Assembly: GCA_964573805.1 (NCBI GenBank)
Contig: CAZNKP010000020.1
Location: 3,761-67,760 of the forward strand
Source: an uncultured Desulfobacterales bacterium
GTDB lineage: Bacteria; Desulfobacterota; Dissulfuribacteria; Dissulfuribacterales; QOAL01
Direction: 5' to 3'
Length of the DNA: 64,000 bases
Shown: positions 29,549-38,446 of the stretch, in pieces
How positions within the stretch are numbered: position 1 is the stretch's first letter
Layout of the letters: each line of letters starts with the position of its first letter
Program-made: the position numbers and the translations under genes
The notes under the pieces: model-generated
Databases searched by the model: none
Seen by the model: only the letters and a program-made list of their open reading frames with translations
What the model was told of the DNA's origin: nothing

Positions 29549-31015
29549 TTAAGATCCGTTCTTTTCAAAAAGCTTTCTAATCAATGCCAACGCCTCTTTT
29601 TTGCTGGATATCTTTCCTTCAACCTGGGCATCCTTAACAGCTTGCAGGGCCATACCAACAACAGGGCCTGGACCAACTCCTAAAATCTCCATAACATCGT
29701 TTCCCCTAACAAGAGGGGGACTGCCTTCTATAGGTTTCAGACTCTTGAGATAAAAAGAATGAATCTTATCAAAAAGGAGGCTTATCTCTTCATCTAGACC
29801 CTTTGGCTTCATCGGTCCACACCCTGCCATGCTGTCTGCCATGGCGAGGAGAAACAGAGCTGGATAGTCTTGGCCTATATTCTCGAGAAGCCGACGCATG
29901 GCCCTTTTGGTAGGACCAGATTTCCGAAGGTCGTTAAGCAGGTGAAATGGGCGCATGTGAAGTCTGACAAGGCGGGAAACAAACTCTTGTTTCGATTTTG
30001 ACCACCTTAAGCGTTTGGCCACATCTCTTGCCATTAGTGCCCCAGCCCTGTCATGTTCATAAAAGGTGACCCTTCCGTCTTCCTTAATTCCCTTTTTGAC
30101 AGGTTTGCCAAAGTCGTGCATGAAGGCGGCCCATTTGACCCAAGGCACTTTCTTTTTATTCTTTTCTATCCATTCCTTAAGGGGCTTGCAGTTTGCAAAC
30201 TTTACACAAGGATCTTTTACAAGAAGATCTATAGAAGATAGGGTCTCAAAGAGGTGTCCAAGCACATCCAGGTGATGGAAACCCGGTTGTTCCACTCCAT
30301 CCATGATAAGGGTTTCTGGAACGATGACTTTTAGCAATCCAGAGCTGTACAAATTTTTTAATGTGGGACCTGCATGATGGGATGCCATGATCTGGTCAAG
30401 TTCTGCGCTTATCCTCTCAGGCGCACAACGAGTGATCTCTTTTGCTAACTCTTCGATCCACGTTACAGTCTGCGGATCTATGCAAAACCCAAGTATTGCA
30501 CTGAATCGAAAGGCCCTCAGGAGTCGCAGCGGATCCCTTTGCAAGTTGGTCCTTGAAATGGCCTTAACGGTACCAGTAGCAATGTCTCTAACCCCATTAA
30601 AGGGATCTATCAAAAGGGGAGGGAGCAACTCTTTGGGAAAGACAAGCCCTTGGCCAGTCTGCTTCAGATCTGTCAAGATATCGGTCAGGCGGACAGCCAT
30701 GGCATTTATTGTGAAATCTCTATGACAGAGGTCCTCCTCAATTGAACTTGCCCCTCTACGGTATTGGCTGAAATCAAAGGTATATCCTTCAACCACTACC
30801 CTAGCCACCTGAAACTCTTCATCTAACATAACAAAGGTGCCAGAAGAAACCGTAGCCATCTTCCTTGCCAAAAAGATGGCATCCTTATTAAGAACAAGGT
30901 CAACGTCCTTGACCGAACGCCTTAAAAGCCAATCCCTGACAGGGCCTCCAGCAATAAAAATTTCATAGATTCCTCGGAAGTTCGCCACTTTTTTTAAAAA
31001 ATCGGCAGGGTCCAA
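29549..31015 (-). CDS. tRNA nucleotidyltransferase/poly(A) polymerase family protein with HD domain, probably CC-adding
   Basis: GGPVRD, DVD, HRDFTINAM, RDPLRLLRA, HD motif (MHDFGK); TTG start after AGGAGGT. Confidence 0.85.
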   Translation of the reverse strand: MDPADFLKKVANFRGIYEIFIAGGPVRDWLLRRSVKDVDLVLNKDAIFLARKMATVSSGTFVMLDEEFQVARVVVEGYTFDFSQYRRGASSIEEDLCHRDFTINAMAVRLTDILTDLKQTGQGLVFPKELLPPLLIDPFNGVRDIATGTVKAISRTNLQRDPLRLLRAFRFSAILGFCIDPQTVTWIEELAKEITRCAPERISAELDQIMASHHAGPTLKNLYSSGLLKVIVPETLIMDGVEQPGFHHLDVLGHLFETLSSIDLLVKDPCVKFANCKPLKEWIEKNKKKVPWVKWAAFMHDFGKPVKKGIKEDGRVTFYEHDRAGALMARDVAKRLRWSKSKQEFVSRLVRLHMRPFHLLNDLRKSGPTKRAMRRLLENIGQDYPALFLLAMADSMAGCGPMKPKGLDEEISLLFDKIHSFYLKSLKPIEGSPPLVRGNDVMEILGVGPGPVVGMALQAVKDAQVEGKISSKKEALALIRKLFEKNGS

Positions 31016-31025
31016 TATAAACCTC

Positions 31026-31376
31026 CTATTTAAAAAATAGATAGCAGGCAAGACCAAAGAGTACTAAAGCAAAAATCTTTCTGAACTGCCCTGTGGATAC
31101 ATGCTCAAGCAACTGGGCTCCTAGCTGGGCTCCTGCTAATCCCCCAAGTCCCAAGAGCAATCCGGTTTTGACATCCACATTATGGAGCTTGCCATGGGCC
31201 AAGAGGGCCGATCCGCTAATGACAAGTATGGTAACGAAGCTCGTACCAACTGCCTTTTGGGCATCGTATCCCATAAATAACAGTATGGGCACAACCAAAA
31301 ATCCTCCCCCAAGGCCTGTAAAAGATGCCCCAATTCCTATGGCAGTCCCAAAAAACAAAAGCGTAGCCCAATTCAT
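31026..31376 (-). CDS. Half-size TauE/SafE (TSUP) family membrane protein
   Basis: GLGGGFLVVP, AVGTS, G..GAQLGA; about 4 TM helices in 116 aa. Confidence 0.8.
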   Translation of the reverse strand: MNWATLLFFGTAIGIGASFTGLGGGFLVVPILLFMGYDAQKAVGTSFVTILVISGSALLAHGKLHNVDVKTGLLLGLGGLAGAQLGAQLLEHVSTGQFRKIFALVLFGLACYLFFK

Positions 31377-31474
31377 AAATCAACCTCATATGTCATGGAA
31401 TCTTTTATTTATATTGCAAAAAGGGCGTACCAGCTTTATATTTGCCCAAAAAATAATTCTGTGGAGTAAGAGAT

Positions 31475-31765
31475 ATGCAGTGTACTACCAACAGGCCGGG
31501 AGATGAATGCAAATTTATGGGAAAAAAAGGGTGCACTTTTATTGGTGGCGCTTGTTTCCAGATAATTGAAAAATGTGAAGGATGCAACAAAATTGTTGAA
31601 ACTGCTGCTGGACGTTTTTGTGCCGTATTTCCTCATCCAGAGATGAAGTGGAAAAGAGGAGTGTGCAACTTTGCAAGCCATGTGAAACCGGAGATAAAAC
31701 AGGATGCCTCTGGAAAAGCGATAAATCCACTAAAGGCGGCAAAGAGGGCATCAAGGGGTCGCTAG
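31475..31765 (+). CDS. PxxKW family cysteine-rich protein
   Basis: Eight Cys; PEMKW motif; CNFASH; NPLKAAKR tail. Confidence 0.8.
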   Translation: MQCTTNRPGDECKFMGKKGCTFIGGACFQIIEKCEGCNKIVETAAGRFCAVFPHPEMKWKRGVCNFASHVKPEIKQDASGKAINPLKAAKRASRGR

Positions 31766-31785
31766 TTTTTCAAGTTGGAAAAATC

Positions 31786-31815
31786 AAAGGAGGGGCCGTA
31801 TTGCCCCTCCTTTTT
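31786..31815 (+). terminator. Rho-independent terminator (likely bidirectional)
   Basis: AAAGGAGGGGC-CGTATT-GCCCCTCCTTT followed by T-tract. Confidence 0.85.
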
Positions 31816-32836
31816 ATTTAAAAAGCCTTCTTAGATCTAACTTCTTCTTTAAGAGTCCTTGCTGAAACATCACCTTATAGGTTTGGGTCCATGCATCTTT
31901 ATCAATAAAACCCACAGGGCGTTGTCCGTGAAAGGTTACCAGGTCTGCGGTAACCTCAAGTTGACGCAGAATGGTGGCTATAGATAGGGTTTTTTCGTAA
32001 CGGCTCAAAATAGTTGCCATTTCGTTACGATTGTTTGGAGAAATGGCCTGCTTCCAGCCATCTATTATACATTTGGTAAAGGCCTCTACGGTGTCTGGAT
32101 ATCTTTGAGCGAATTTTTTTGATGTGATCAAGGAGTTGGCGACAAAGCTTATGCCATAGAGGGACGGATCCAAAAAACCCGGACGATCGTTCATTGCCTC
32201 CATCTTTTCTGAAAGGGTTATGCCTTGCGTATTTCTATAACAAGGCCAAAGGTCCACTTGACCACGCCAAAAGGGTGTATAGTCATAGGTAATGGCATAT
32301 ATATGGAGTCTGTCTGGATCAAGTCCAAGGCTTTTGACAAGTGCCATAAATATGGCCTCATCATTACCACCGTATGTTATTCCCACTGTAAGTCTTTGGA
32401 GGGCTTTTTTAAGCTGGATGCTATTCAGTCCCTCTAGGTCAACCCGGGACTTCATATATATCCACTGAAGCGGATTTATTTGGAAGATCTGGGCAAGGAC
32501 CAGTACATCTGCACCGCGGGAGATAGCCCGCAGGACCTGATCAGCAGAAGCTACTCCAAACTGTGCCCTTCCAAGTTCTATTTCTTCTATGGCATCTTGT
32601 TCTGCTCCACCTTCTTTTACTTGAACCAAAAGACCCCTGGCCTTAAAAAGCCCCTTTTCCTTAGCCCAGAGGTCACCGGCAGTGCTGGCATTATAAAGCC
32701 ATTTGAGGCGGTAGGTTATCTTACGGCCGCTAAAAGCTTTAGAGCCGCCTTTATTGGCATTTGGCTGTTGACAACCCGTCAACCCTAGGGCAAAGATCAA
32801 ACATGTCAACAACCAAAAACAAAGACAACGGGGCAC
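31814..32836 (-). CDS. ABC transporter substrate-binding lipoprotein, NMT1/THI5-like
   Basis: Lipobox LTGC; RLKWLYN..TAG; EGG....I..I..G.AQFG. Confidence 0.75.
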   Translation of the reverse strand: MPRCLCFWLLTCLIFALGLTGCQQPNANKGGSKAFSGRKITYRLKWLYNASTAGDLWAKEKGLFKARGLLVQVKEGGAEQDAIEEIELGRAQFGVASADQVLRAISRGADVLVLAQIFQINPLQWIYMKSRVDLEGLNSIQLKKALQRLTVGITYGGNDEAIFMALVKSLGLDPDRLHIYAITYDYTPFWRGQVDLWPCYRNTQGITLSEKMEAMNDRPGFLDPSLYGISFVANSLITSKKFAQRYPDTVEAFTKCIIDGWKQAISPNNRNEMATILSRYEKTLSIATILRQLEVTADLVTFHGQRPVGFIDKDAWTQTYKVMFQQGLLKKKLDLRRLFK

Positions 32837-32843
32837 AACAGTT

Positions 32844-33653
32844 CTACTCCAATTTCGCCTTTTTAAACCCCCTTGGTATCTGAAAGGCAGAAGCAGGGAT
32901 GGTCTCTTCTTTTACAGAAACAACCTCTTGATAGCTCCCTTGCATATTCATGTTAAGGCTACTTGGATAATGTATCTGTTTTACTATTTCACCCCTTTTC
33001 TGGAGTTTCTCTTCCATCTTCATAAGCTCAGCCATATTGGAATTGCCAAAGATGTTTAGCTGACTGGATATATTAGACATGGCCTTTTCAAACTTATCTA
33101 TTTTGTCTCTATCCAACTCCTTGAGGATTTTGTCTCTCAGCTGCTTGGAAACCCAATATTCTGCAATTTTTTTATTCCCTTGAGTTATTGCAAAATGTTC
33201 GGCATCATAACCGGCAATCCTTTGCTTATCTGCCAATTTTTTAAGTTGAAGCCTTTTTTTGCCTTTCTGGGACATCCCCATCATCTTTTCCAACATGGCC
33301 CTCTGCTCAGGATTAAGTCCCTCCAAATGGGCCTTGAGCCTGTTCATGCCCTTCTGCATCTGATTCAGCATTTCATCCAATGTGGTAACAGAATATTCCC
33401 TCTTTTGGGGGTCTACCAGTGTCACTGTGCCAGTTTTTAAGTCCACAATGGTATAACTTCCATCAGGCTCTACAGTCTTTACCTTATTACTCTTAAAATA
33501 TCCCACCATTTTGGTGGCCTTGTTTTTGTCTGGATTTATGCCAGGGCTGTGAATTCTTTCTATGACAAGACCTGCCATGGCCTGGGAATAGAAAAATAAT
33601 ATTGCAATAGCCGTTGCAAGTGCGATACTAGACAACCTGTTTTTGTTAGTCAT
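32844..33653 (-). CDS. DUF4412-like secreted protein
   Basis: Signal peptide; IVDLKTG..TLVD...REY; IAGYDAEHF; FQIP.GFK. Confidence 0.6.
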   Translation of the reverse strand: MTNKNRLSSIALATAIAILFFYSQAMAGLVIERIHSPGINPDKNKATKMVGYFKSNKVKTVEPDGSYTIVDLKTGTVTLVDPQKREYSVTTLDEMLNQMQKGMNRLKAHLEGLNPEQRAMLEKMMGMSQKGKKRLQLKKLADKQRIAGYDAEHFAITQGNKKIAEYWVSKQLRDKILKELDRDKIDKFEKAMSNISSQLNIFGNSNMAELMKMEEKLQKRGEIVKQIHYPSSLNMNMQGSYQEVVSVKEETIPASAFQIPRGFKKAKLE

Positions 33654-33656
33654 AAC

Positions 33657-34244
33657 CTACTCCTCCATGGCCTTTTTAATCTTTGTAAAATCTAGTTTTT
33701 TGGCAAAGTCATATAGGATGTCTTTAGATTTAAGCCCGCTTCCACTGATAGTTATAAGCATGCGATTTTGCAAGACTATCTGTATCTTGCCCGATTTATC
33801 CTGAGTGTTCCATTCCTCTATCCCTTTCTCTCCGTTTATTGAAACAAGCCTTCCGCCTCCCATTATCATAGGATTTGAAAGAAGCATCATGACGCTGGAA
33901 AGGAGGGGAGAGTCTGTAATCATCTCGATGCGTATCCTCTGGTGGTCTCCTGATGAATAATCTCTTGAGACAGTGATACCACCACCCATAATATTCCCTG
34001 GGGCCCTAGAACCTTCTACTTGACCTGCATTCCAACCTGCAGGGGCTTCAGGGAAAAGGGATTTGAACCTGTCAAGCTGTTTATCTTGGATAAGCCCTAT
34101 TGCAAAGTTGAGTTCTGTGACCGCTTTATAATATTTCCCCTGCTTATAAAGGGTCTTGGCCTTTTCCAAGCTCTCTATTACTGAGTCCCCAAAGGCTGGT
34201 GTTGACAAAAGAAAAATCACCAAAATTATCCCCAAAAATCGCAT
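33657..34244 (-). CDS. Secreted hypothetical protein
   Basis: Signal peptide, RBS (GGAGG), operon-like spacing with the downstream gene. Confidence 0.6.
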   Translation of the reverse strand: MRFLGIILVIFLLSTPAFGDSVIESLEKAKTLYKQGKYYKAVTELNFAIGLIQDKQLDRFKSLFPEAPAGWNAGQVEGSRAPGNIMGGGITVSRDYSSGDHQRIRIEMITDSPLLSSVMMLLSNPMIMGGGRLVSINGEKGIEEWNTQDKSGKIQIVLQNRMLITISGSGLKSKDILYDFAKKLDFTKIKKAMEE

Positions 34245-34351
34245 AATTCCCTCCTTTAACTCCTTTTTATTTTTAGCAAAAGGTGCTATATAAAAAATTT
34301 TCTTTTCGCTAGCAGACAGAACTATAAAAGAACAGCCGGATCAAAATTAAC

Positions 34352-35545
34352 ATGAACCATGACATGAACACAAGAAAAGCCTTTGAATACCTTGCTAAAA
34401 CATACGCCCGCTTTCCAGTGGTTATACAAAAAGGCCAGGGGGTCTATGTGTGGGATGACAGTGGCAAAAGATATATAGATTTCACTTCAGGGATTGCAGT
34501 TTGCAGCCTCGGACATTGCAATCCTGCTATAACCGGTGCAGTAAAAAGACAGACAGACAGGTTGTTTCATATTTCCAATCTCTATTGGACTGTTCCACAG
34601 GCTAAACTCGCCAGGCTTATCTGTGAAAATTCTTTTGGGGAACAGGTGTTTTTCTGCAATTCTGGTGCTGAAGCAGTAGAAGCAGCCATCAAACTTGCAA
34701 GAAAGTTTGGACATGAAACCAAAGGACCAGACTGCTACGAAATAGTATGTCTCGAGGGTTCTTTTCACGGAAGAACCTTGGCCACTATAACGGCAACAGG
34801 CCAGCCGGTCTATCAACGCGGATTCGAACCGCTTCCAGACGGTTTTACCCATATTCCTCCAAACGATATCAGGGCCCTAGAGTTAGCAGTGAGCGAACGG
34901 ACTGCTGCTATACTTTTGGAACCTATTCTCGGTGAAGGAGGGGTAAAGATATTGGATGATGACTTTTTAAAGGCGGCAAGACAAGCTGCCCTAGAGCTTG
35001 GAAGCCTTCTCATTTTTGACGAAATCCAAGTTGGAATGGGACGAACAGGTACCCTTTTCGCCTATCAACAAACTGGTGTAGAACCTGATGTAATGTGTCT
35101 TGCAAAGGCACTTGCAAATGGTCTGCCCATCGGTGCTATGGTGGCCAGGGAAGAGGTTATGAAACACCTTGGTCCAGGCAGCCATGCCTCTACCTTTGGC
35201 GGTAACCCCATTGCCTGTGCTGCAGGGATTGAAGTTTTAAAGATACTCTTGAATACCGATATCTTGAAAAAGGTCAACGAGATTGGCCTGTACATGTTGA
35301 ATCAACTACAAAAGCTTGCCCAAAACTGGCCAGAGGTCCTTGAAGTACGTGGCAGGGGACTTATTCAGGCAATTGAGTTCAGAAGGCCTGTTCCTGGCCT
35401 TGCCAGCTTTTTGCTTGAAAGGGGATTTCTTGTACTAGTTGCTCATGACCGTCTACTAAGGTTATTGCCGCCTTTTCTTGTAGAAAAAAGGCATGTGGAT
35501 CAGTTGCTTGCAGCAATCAACGATTTTAAAAGGCAGACCTCTTGA
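34352..35545 (+). CDS. argD: Acetylornithine aminotransferase
   Basis: FCNSGAEAVE, FHGRT, DEIQVGMGRTG, LAKALANG, STFGGNP. Confidence 0.93.
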   Translation: MNHDMNTRKAFEYLAKTYARFPVVIQKGQGVYVWDDSGKRYIDFTSGIAVCSLGHCNPAITGAVKRQTDRLFHISNLYWTVPQAKLARLICENSFGEQVFFCNSGAEAVEAAIKLARKFGHETKGPDCYEIVCLEGSFHGRTLATITATGQPVYQRGFEPLPDGFTHIPPNDIRALELAVSERTAAILLEPILGEGGVKILDDDFLKAARQAALELGSLLIFDEIQVGMGRTGTLFAYQQTGVEPDVMCLAKALANGLPIGAMVAREEVMKHLGPGSHASTFGGNPIACAAGIEVLKILLNTDILKKVNEIGLYMLNQLQKLAQNWPEVLEVRGRGLIQAIEFRRPVPGLASFLLERGFLVLVAHDRLLRLLPPFLVEKRHVDQLLAAINDFKRQTS

Positions 35546-35576
35546 AACCAACAGGTCTAAAGATTTGGAGTAAAAA

Positions 35577-36509
35577 ATGGATAAAGGTGTAAGACATTAT
35601 CTTCAGGTAGCAGATCTTAAAAGAAAAACGCTCATTCACCTCATAAACAGGGCAATGGAGCTGAAAGAGCTGCAAAGGCAAGGCGTATCTTACAGTCCAG
35701 CCAAGGGAAAAGTCCTTGGAATGATTTTTGAGAAGGCCTCAACCCGTACGAGGGTATCTTTTGAGGCAGCCATGTTTCAGCTTGGCGGTGATGTGTCATT
35801 CATGGCCAAGAAAGACCTGCAGCTAGACCGGGGAGAACCGCTAAAAGACACCGCAAGGGTCCTTTCGCGTTATCTGGATTGCATGGTCGTTAGGACCTAC
35901 GGACAAGCAATGGTTGAGGAATTGGCACATTGGTCTGATATTCCTATAATAAATGGCCTTACAGACTCTCATCATCCATGCCAGATATTGTCAGATCTGA
36001 TGACTGTTATGGAAAAAAAGGGCAAGGATCTCTCTTCACTCAAGATAACGTGGCTGGGAGATGGAAACAATATGGCGCAATCTTGGATACAGGCAGCAGC
36101 CAGGATCGGCTTTCCTCTTTATCTCGCCTGCCCTGAAGGATATGATCCAGATCAGGAAATAATGACAAGGGCAAAAGAAGAGACAAGCTTTCCTCTAGAG
36201 CTGGTTCGGGATCCTGTAGAGGCGGTCAGGGATGCCGATGTTATCAATACAGATGTATGGGCCAGTATGGGGCAGGAGCACGAGGCTGAAAAGAGAAAGA
36301 GGATATTCAGGCCTTTCCAGCTCAACCAAGAGTTGCTGAGATATGCAAGGCCAGACTGTATAGTTCTTCACTGTCTACCTGCTTATAGGGGTCAAGAAAT
36401 TACAGATGATGTCCTTGAAGGACCACAATCTGTAGTCTGGGATCAAGCAGAAAACAAGATGCACCTGCATAAATCGGTGCTTGAATGGGCCATGCAACTT
36501 AAGGATTAG
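35577..36509 (+). CDS. argF: Ornithine carbamoyltransferase
   Basis: STRTRVSF, HPCQ, TDVWASMG, HCLP. Confidence 0.96.
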   Translation: MDKGVRHYLQVADLKRKTLIHLINRAMELKELQRQGVSYSPAKGKVLGMIFEKASTRTRVSFEAAMFQLGGDVSFMAKKDLQLDRGEPLKDTARVLSRYLDCMVVRTYGQAMVEELAHWSDIPIINGLTDSHHPCQILSDLMTVMEKKGKDLSSLKITWLGDGNNMAQSWIQAAARIGFPLYLACPEGYDPDQEIMTRAKEETSFPLELVRDPVEAVRDADVINTDVWASMGQEHEAEKRKRIFRPFQLNQELLRYARPDCIVLHCLPAYRGQEITDDVLEGPQSVVWDQAENKMHLHKSVLEWAMQLKD

Positions 36510-36518
36510 GGGGCACTT

Positions 36519-37739
36519 ATGAACGACAAGACCGATATCAAAAAGATTGTGCTTGCTTATTCCGGAGGGCTTGATACATCGGTGATACTCAAGTGGTTGC
36601 AGACAAGATACGATTGTCCTGTGGTTGCGTATGCGGCAGATATAGGTCAAAACGAAGACTGGGAGGCTGTAAGGCAAAAGGCTATAGCCACTGGAGCAAG
36701 TAAGGTTTATATCCAAGACCTGAAAGAAGAGTTTGTCAGGGACTTTTGTTTCCCTATGTTTAGGGCAAACGCCATATACGAAGGTGTTTACCTTCTTGGT
36801 ACCTCTATTGCCCGCCCCCTTATCGCCAAAGAACAGATCGAAATAGCTCGCAAGGAGGGAGCAGACGCAGTCAGTCATGGCGCAACCGGCAAAGGCAACG
36901 ATCAAGTGCGTTTCGAGCTCACCTACATGGCCCTTGAACCGTCCATCAAGATTATAGCCCCGTGGCGTCAGTGGGATCTAAATTCCCGCACCAAACTTAT
37001 AGATTTCGCCAACAAGCATGGCATCCCTGTTCCTGTCACTAAAAAGAAACCCTACAGTATGGACGCAAATATGCTTCATATAAGTTACGAAGGCGGTATC
37101 TTGGAAGATCCTTGGGCAGAACCACCAAAAGATATGTTTACCTGGACAGTGAGTCCTGAAGATGCCCCAGACAAACCGACTTATATTGAGATAGATTTTG
37201 AAAATGGGGATCCGGTGGCCCTTGATAATAATCCCTTGACGCCTGCCCAGATACTTGCAACCTTGAACGAGATAGGGGCAGCTAACGGTGTCGGTAGGGT
37301 TGATCTTGTAGAAAATCGCTTTGTGGGCATGAAATCTCGCGGGGTTTATGAAACTCCTGGAGGCACCATAATACGCACTGCCCATATGGCCCTTGAATCC
37401 ATAACCTTGGATAGGGAGGTGATGCATATAAGAGACGGGCTTGTTCCAAAATATTCAGAACTTATCTATTACGGTTTCTGGTATGCGCCAGAGCGTGAAA
37501 TGTTGCAGGCAATGATAGATGAGACTCAGAAAAGAGTGACCGGGACGGTTCGTCTTAAAATATATAAAGGCAACTGCATGGTTGTAGGCAGAAAATCACC
37601 TTACAGTCTATATACTCCTGAATTTGCTACCTTTGAAGAAGATGAGGTGTACAGCCAAAAGGATGCAGAAGGCTTTATAAGGCTGCAAGGACTCCGACTA
37701 CGGATAAGATCCATGCTGCAAAAAGATAACAATCAATAG
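36519..37739 (+). CDS. argG: Argininosuccinate synthase
   Basis: [36 protein letters not shown]. Confidence 0.97.
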   Translation: MNDKTDIKKIVLAYSGGLDTSVILKWLQTRYDCPVVAYAADIGQNEDWEAVRQKAIATGASKVYIQDLKEEFVRDFCFPMFRANAIYEGVYLLGTSIARPLIAKEQIEIARKEGADAVSHGATGKGNDQVRFELTYMALEPSIKIIAPWRQWDLNSRTKLIDFANKHGIPVPVTKKKPYSMDANMLHISYEGGILEDPWAEPPKDMFTWTVSPEDAPDKPTYIEIDFENGDPVALDNNPLTPAQILATLNEIGAANGVGRVDLVENRFVGMKSRGVYETPGGTIIRTAHMALESITLDREVMHIRDGLVPKYSELIYYGFWYAPEREMLQAMIDETQKRVTGTVRLKIYKGNCMVVGRKSPYSLYTPEFATFEEDEVYSQKDAEGFIRLQGLRLRIRSMLQKDNNQ

Positions 37740-37748
37740 GGGGACGAT

Positions 37749-38150
37749 TTGGAGCAACTGGAGAACACGGAAAGACGCAGATTTTTAAGGGTTCCCTTTG
37801 AGACCGAAACGGTGATAAGGGATCTTGAAAGCGGTAGGGTAACCAGTTCTGTTCAATCAAAAAACATTTCGCTAAAAGGAATGTACTGTTTTACAAAGGA
37901 ACCCTTTGCCCCCGATACACCTTGCTCTATAGAGCTTCGACTGACTGGGACAAGTTCCAAGTTATGGCTTAACATAAAAGGCCATGTTGTTCGTAACGAT
38001 GAATATGGCATGGCTATTTCCTTTGACTCAATGGATCTTGACGTCTTTATCCACTTGAAAAACATCTTATATTACAACTCAGGAGATCCTGACAGGATTG
38101 ACCAAGAAGTCAAACAATTTAATGTCAATGTGCAAATGGAGAAAAAATGA
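37749..38150 (+). CDS. PilZ domain protein (c-di-GMP receptor)
   Basis: RxxxR (RRFLR) and NxSxxG (NISLKG) motifs. Confidence 0.85.
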   Translation: MEQLENTERRRFLRVPFETETVIRDLESGRVTSSVQSKNISLKGMYCFTKEPFAPDTPCSIELRLTGTSSKLWLNIKGHVVRNDEYGMAISFDSMDLDVFIHLKNILYYNSGDPDRIDQEVKQFNVNVQMEKK

Positions 38151-38446
38151 AAAAAAGACAAATATATTACTACAGCAACATGAGTCCCTTTGCTGTCCTT
38201 GGCCTGGCCTTATTGGTGCTCGGGGCCTTTTTCCTGACCCTTCCCATTTTTATTGCAGCCTTTGTAATCTTTGGGGCCATTGGTTCATACATGGCGTGGC
38301 GTCTGACCAGGGCCATCAAAAAGGCAGAAGAAGAGATGCTAAAGCGTCAGCAACAGACTATGGCTTCCGAGTTTCAGGAAGACATCATAATAGACATAAC
38401 TCCAGGCCCAGAGGATAGACGATCTATTGAACATGGAAGGTTTTGA
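38147..38446 (+). CDS. Hypothetical membrane protein
   Basis: Long hydrophobic stretch; ATGA coupling with the PilZ gene. Confidence 0.55.
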   Translation: MKKRQIYYYSNMSPFAVLGLALLVLGAFFLTLPIFIAAFVIFGAIGSYMAWRLTRAIKKAEEEMLKRQQQTMASEFQEDIIIDITPGPEDRRSIEHGRF

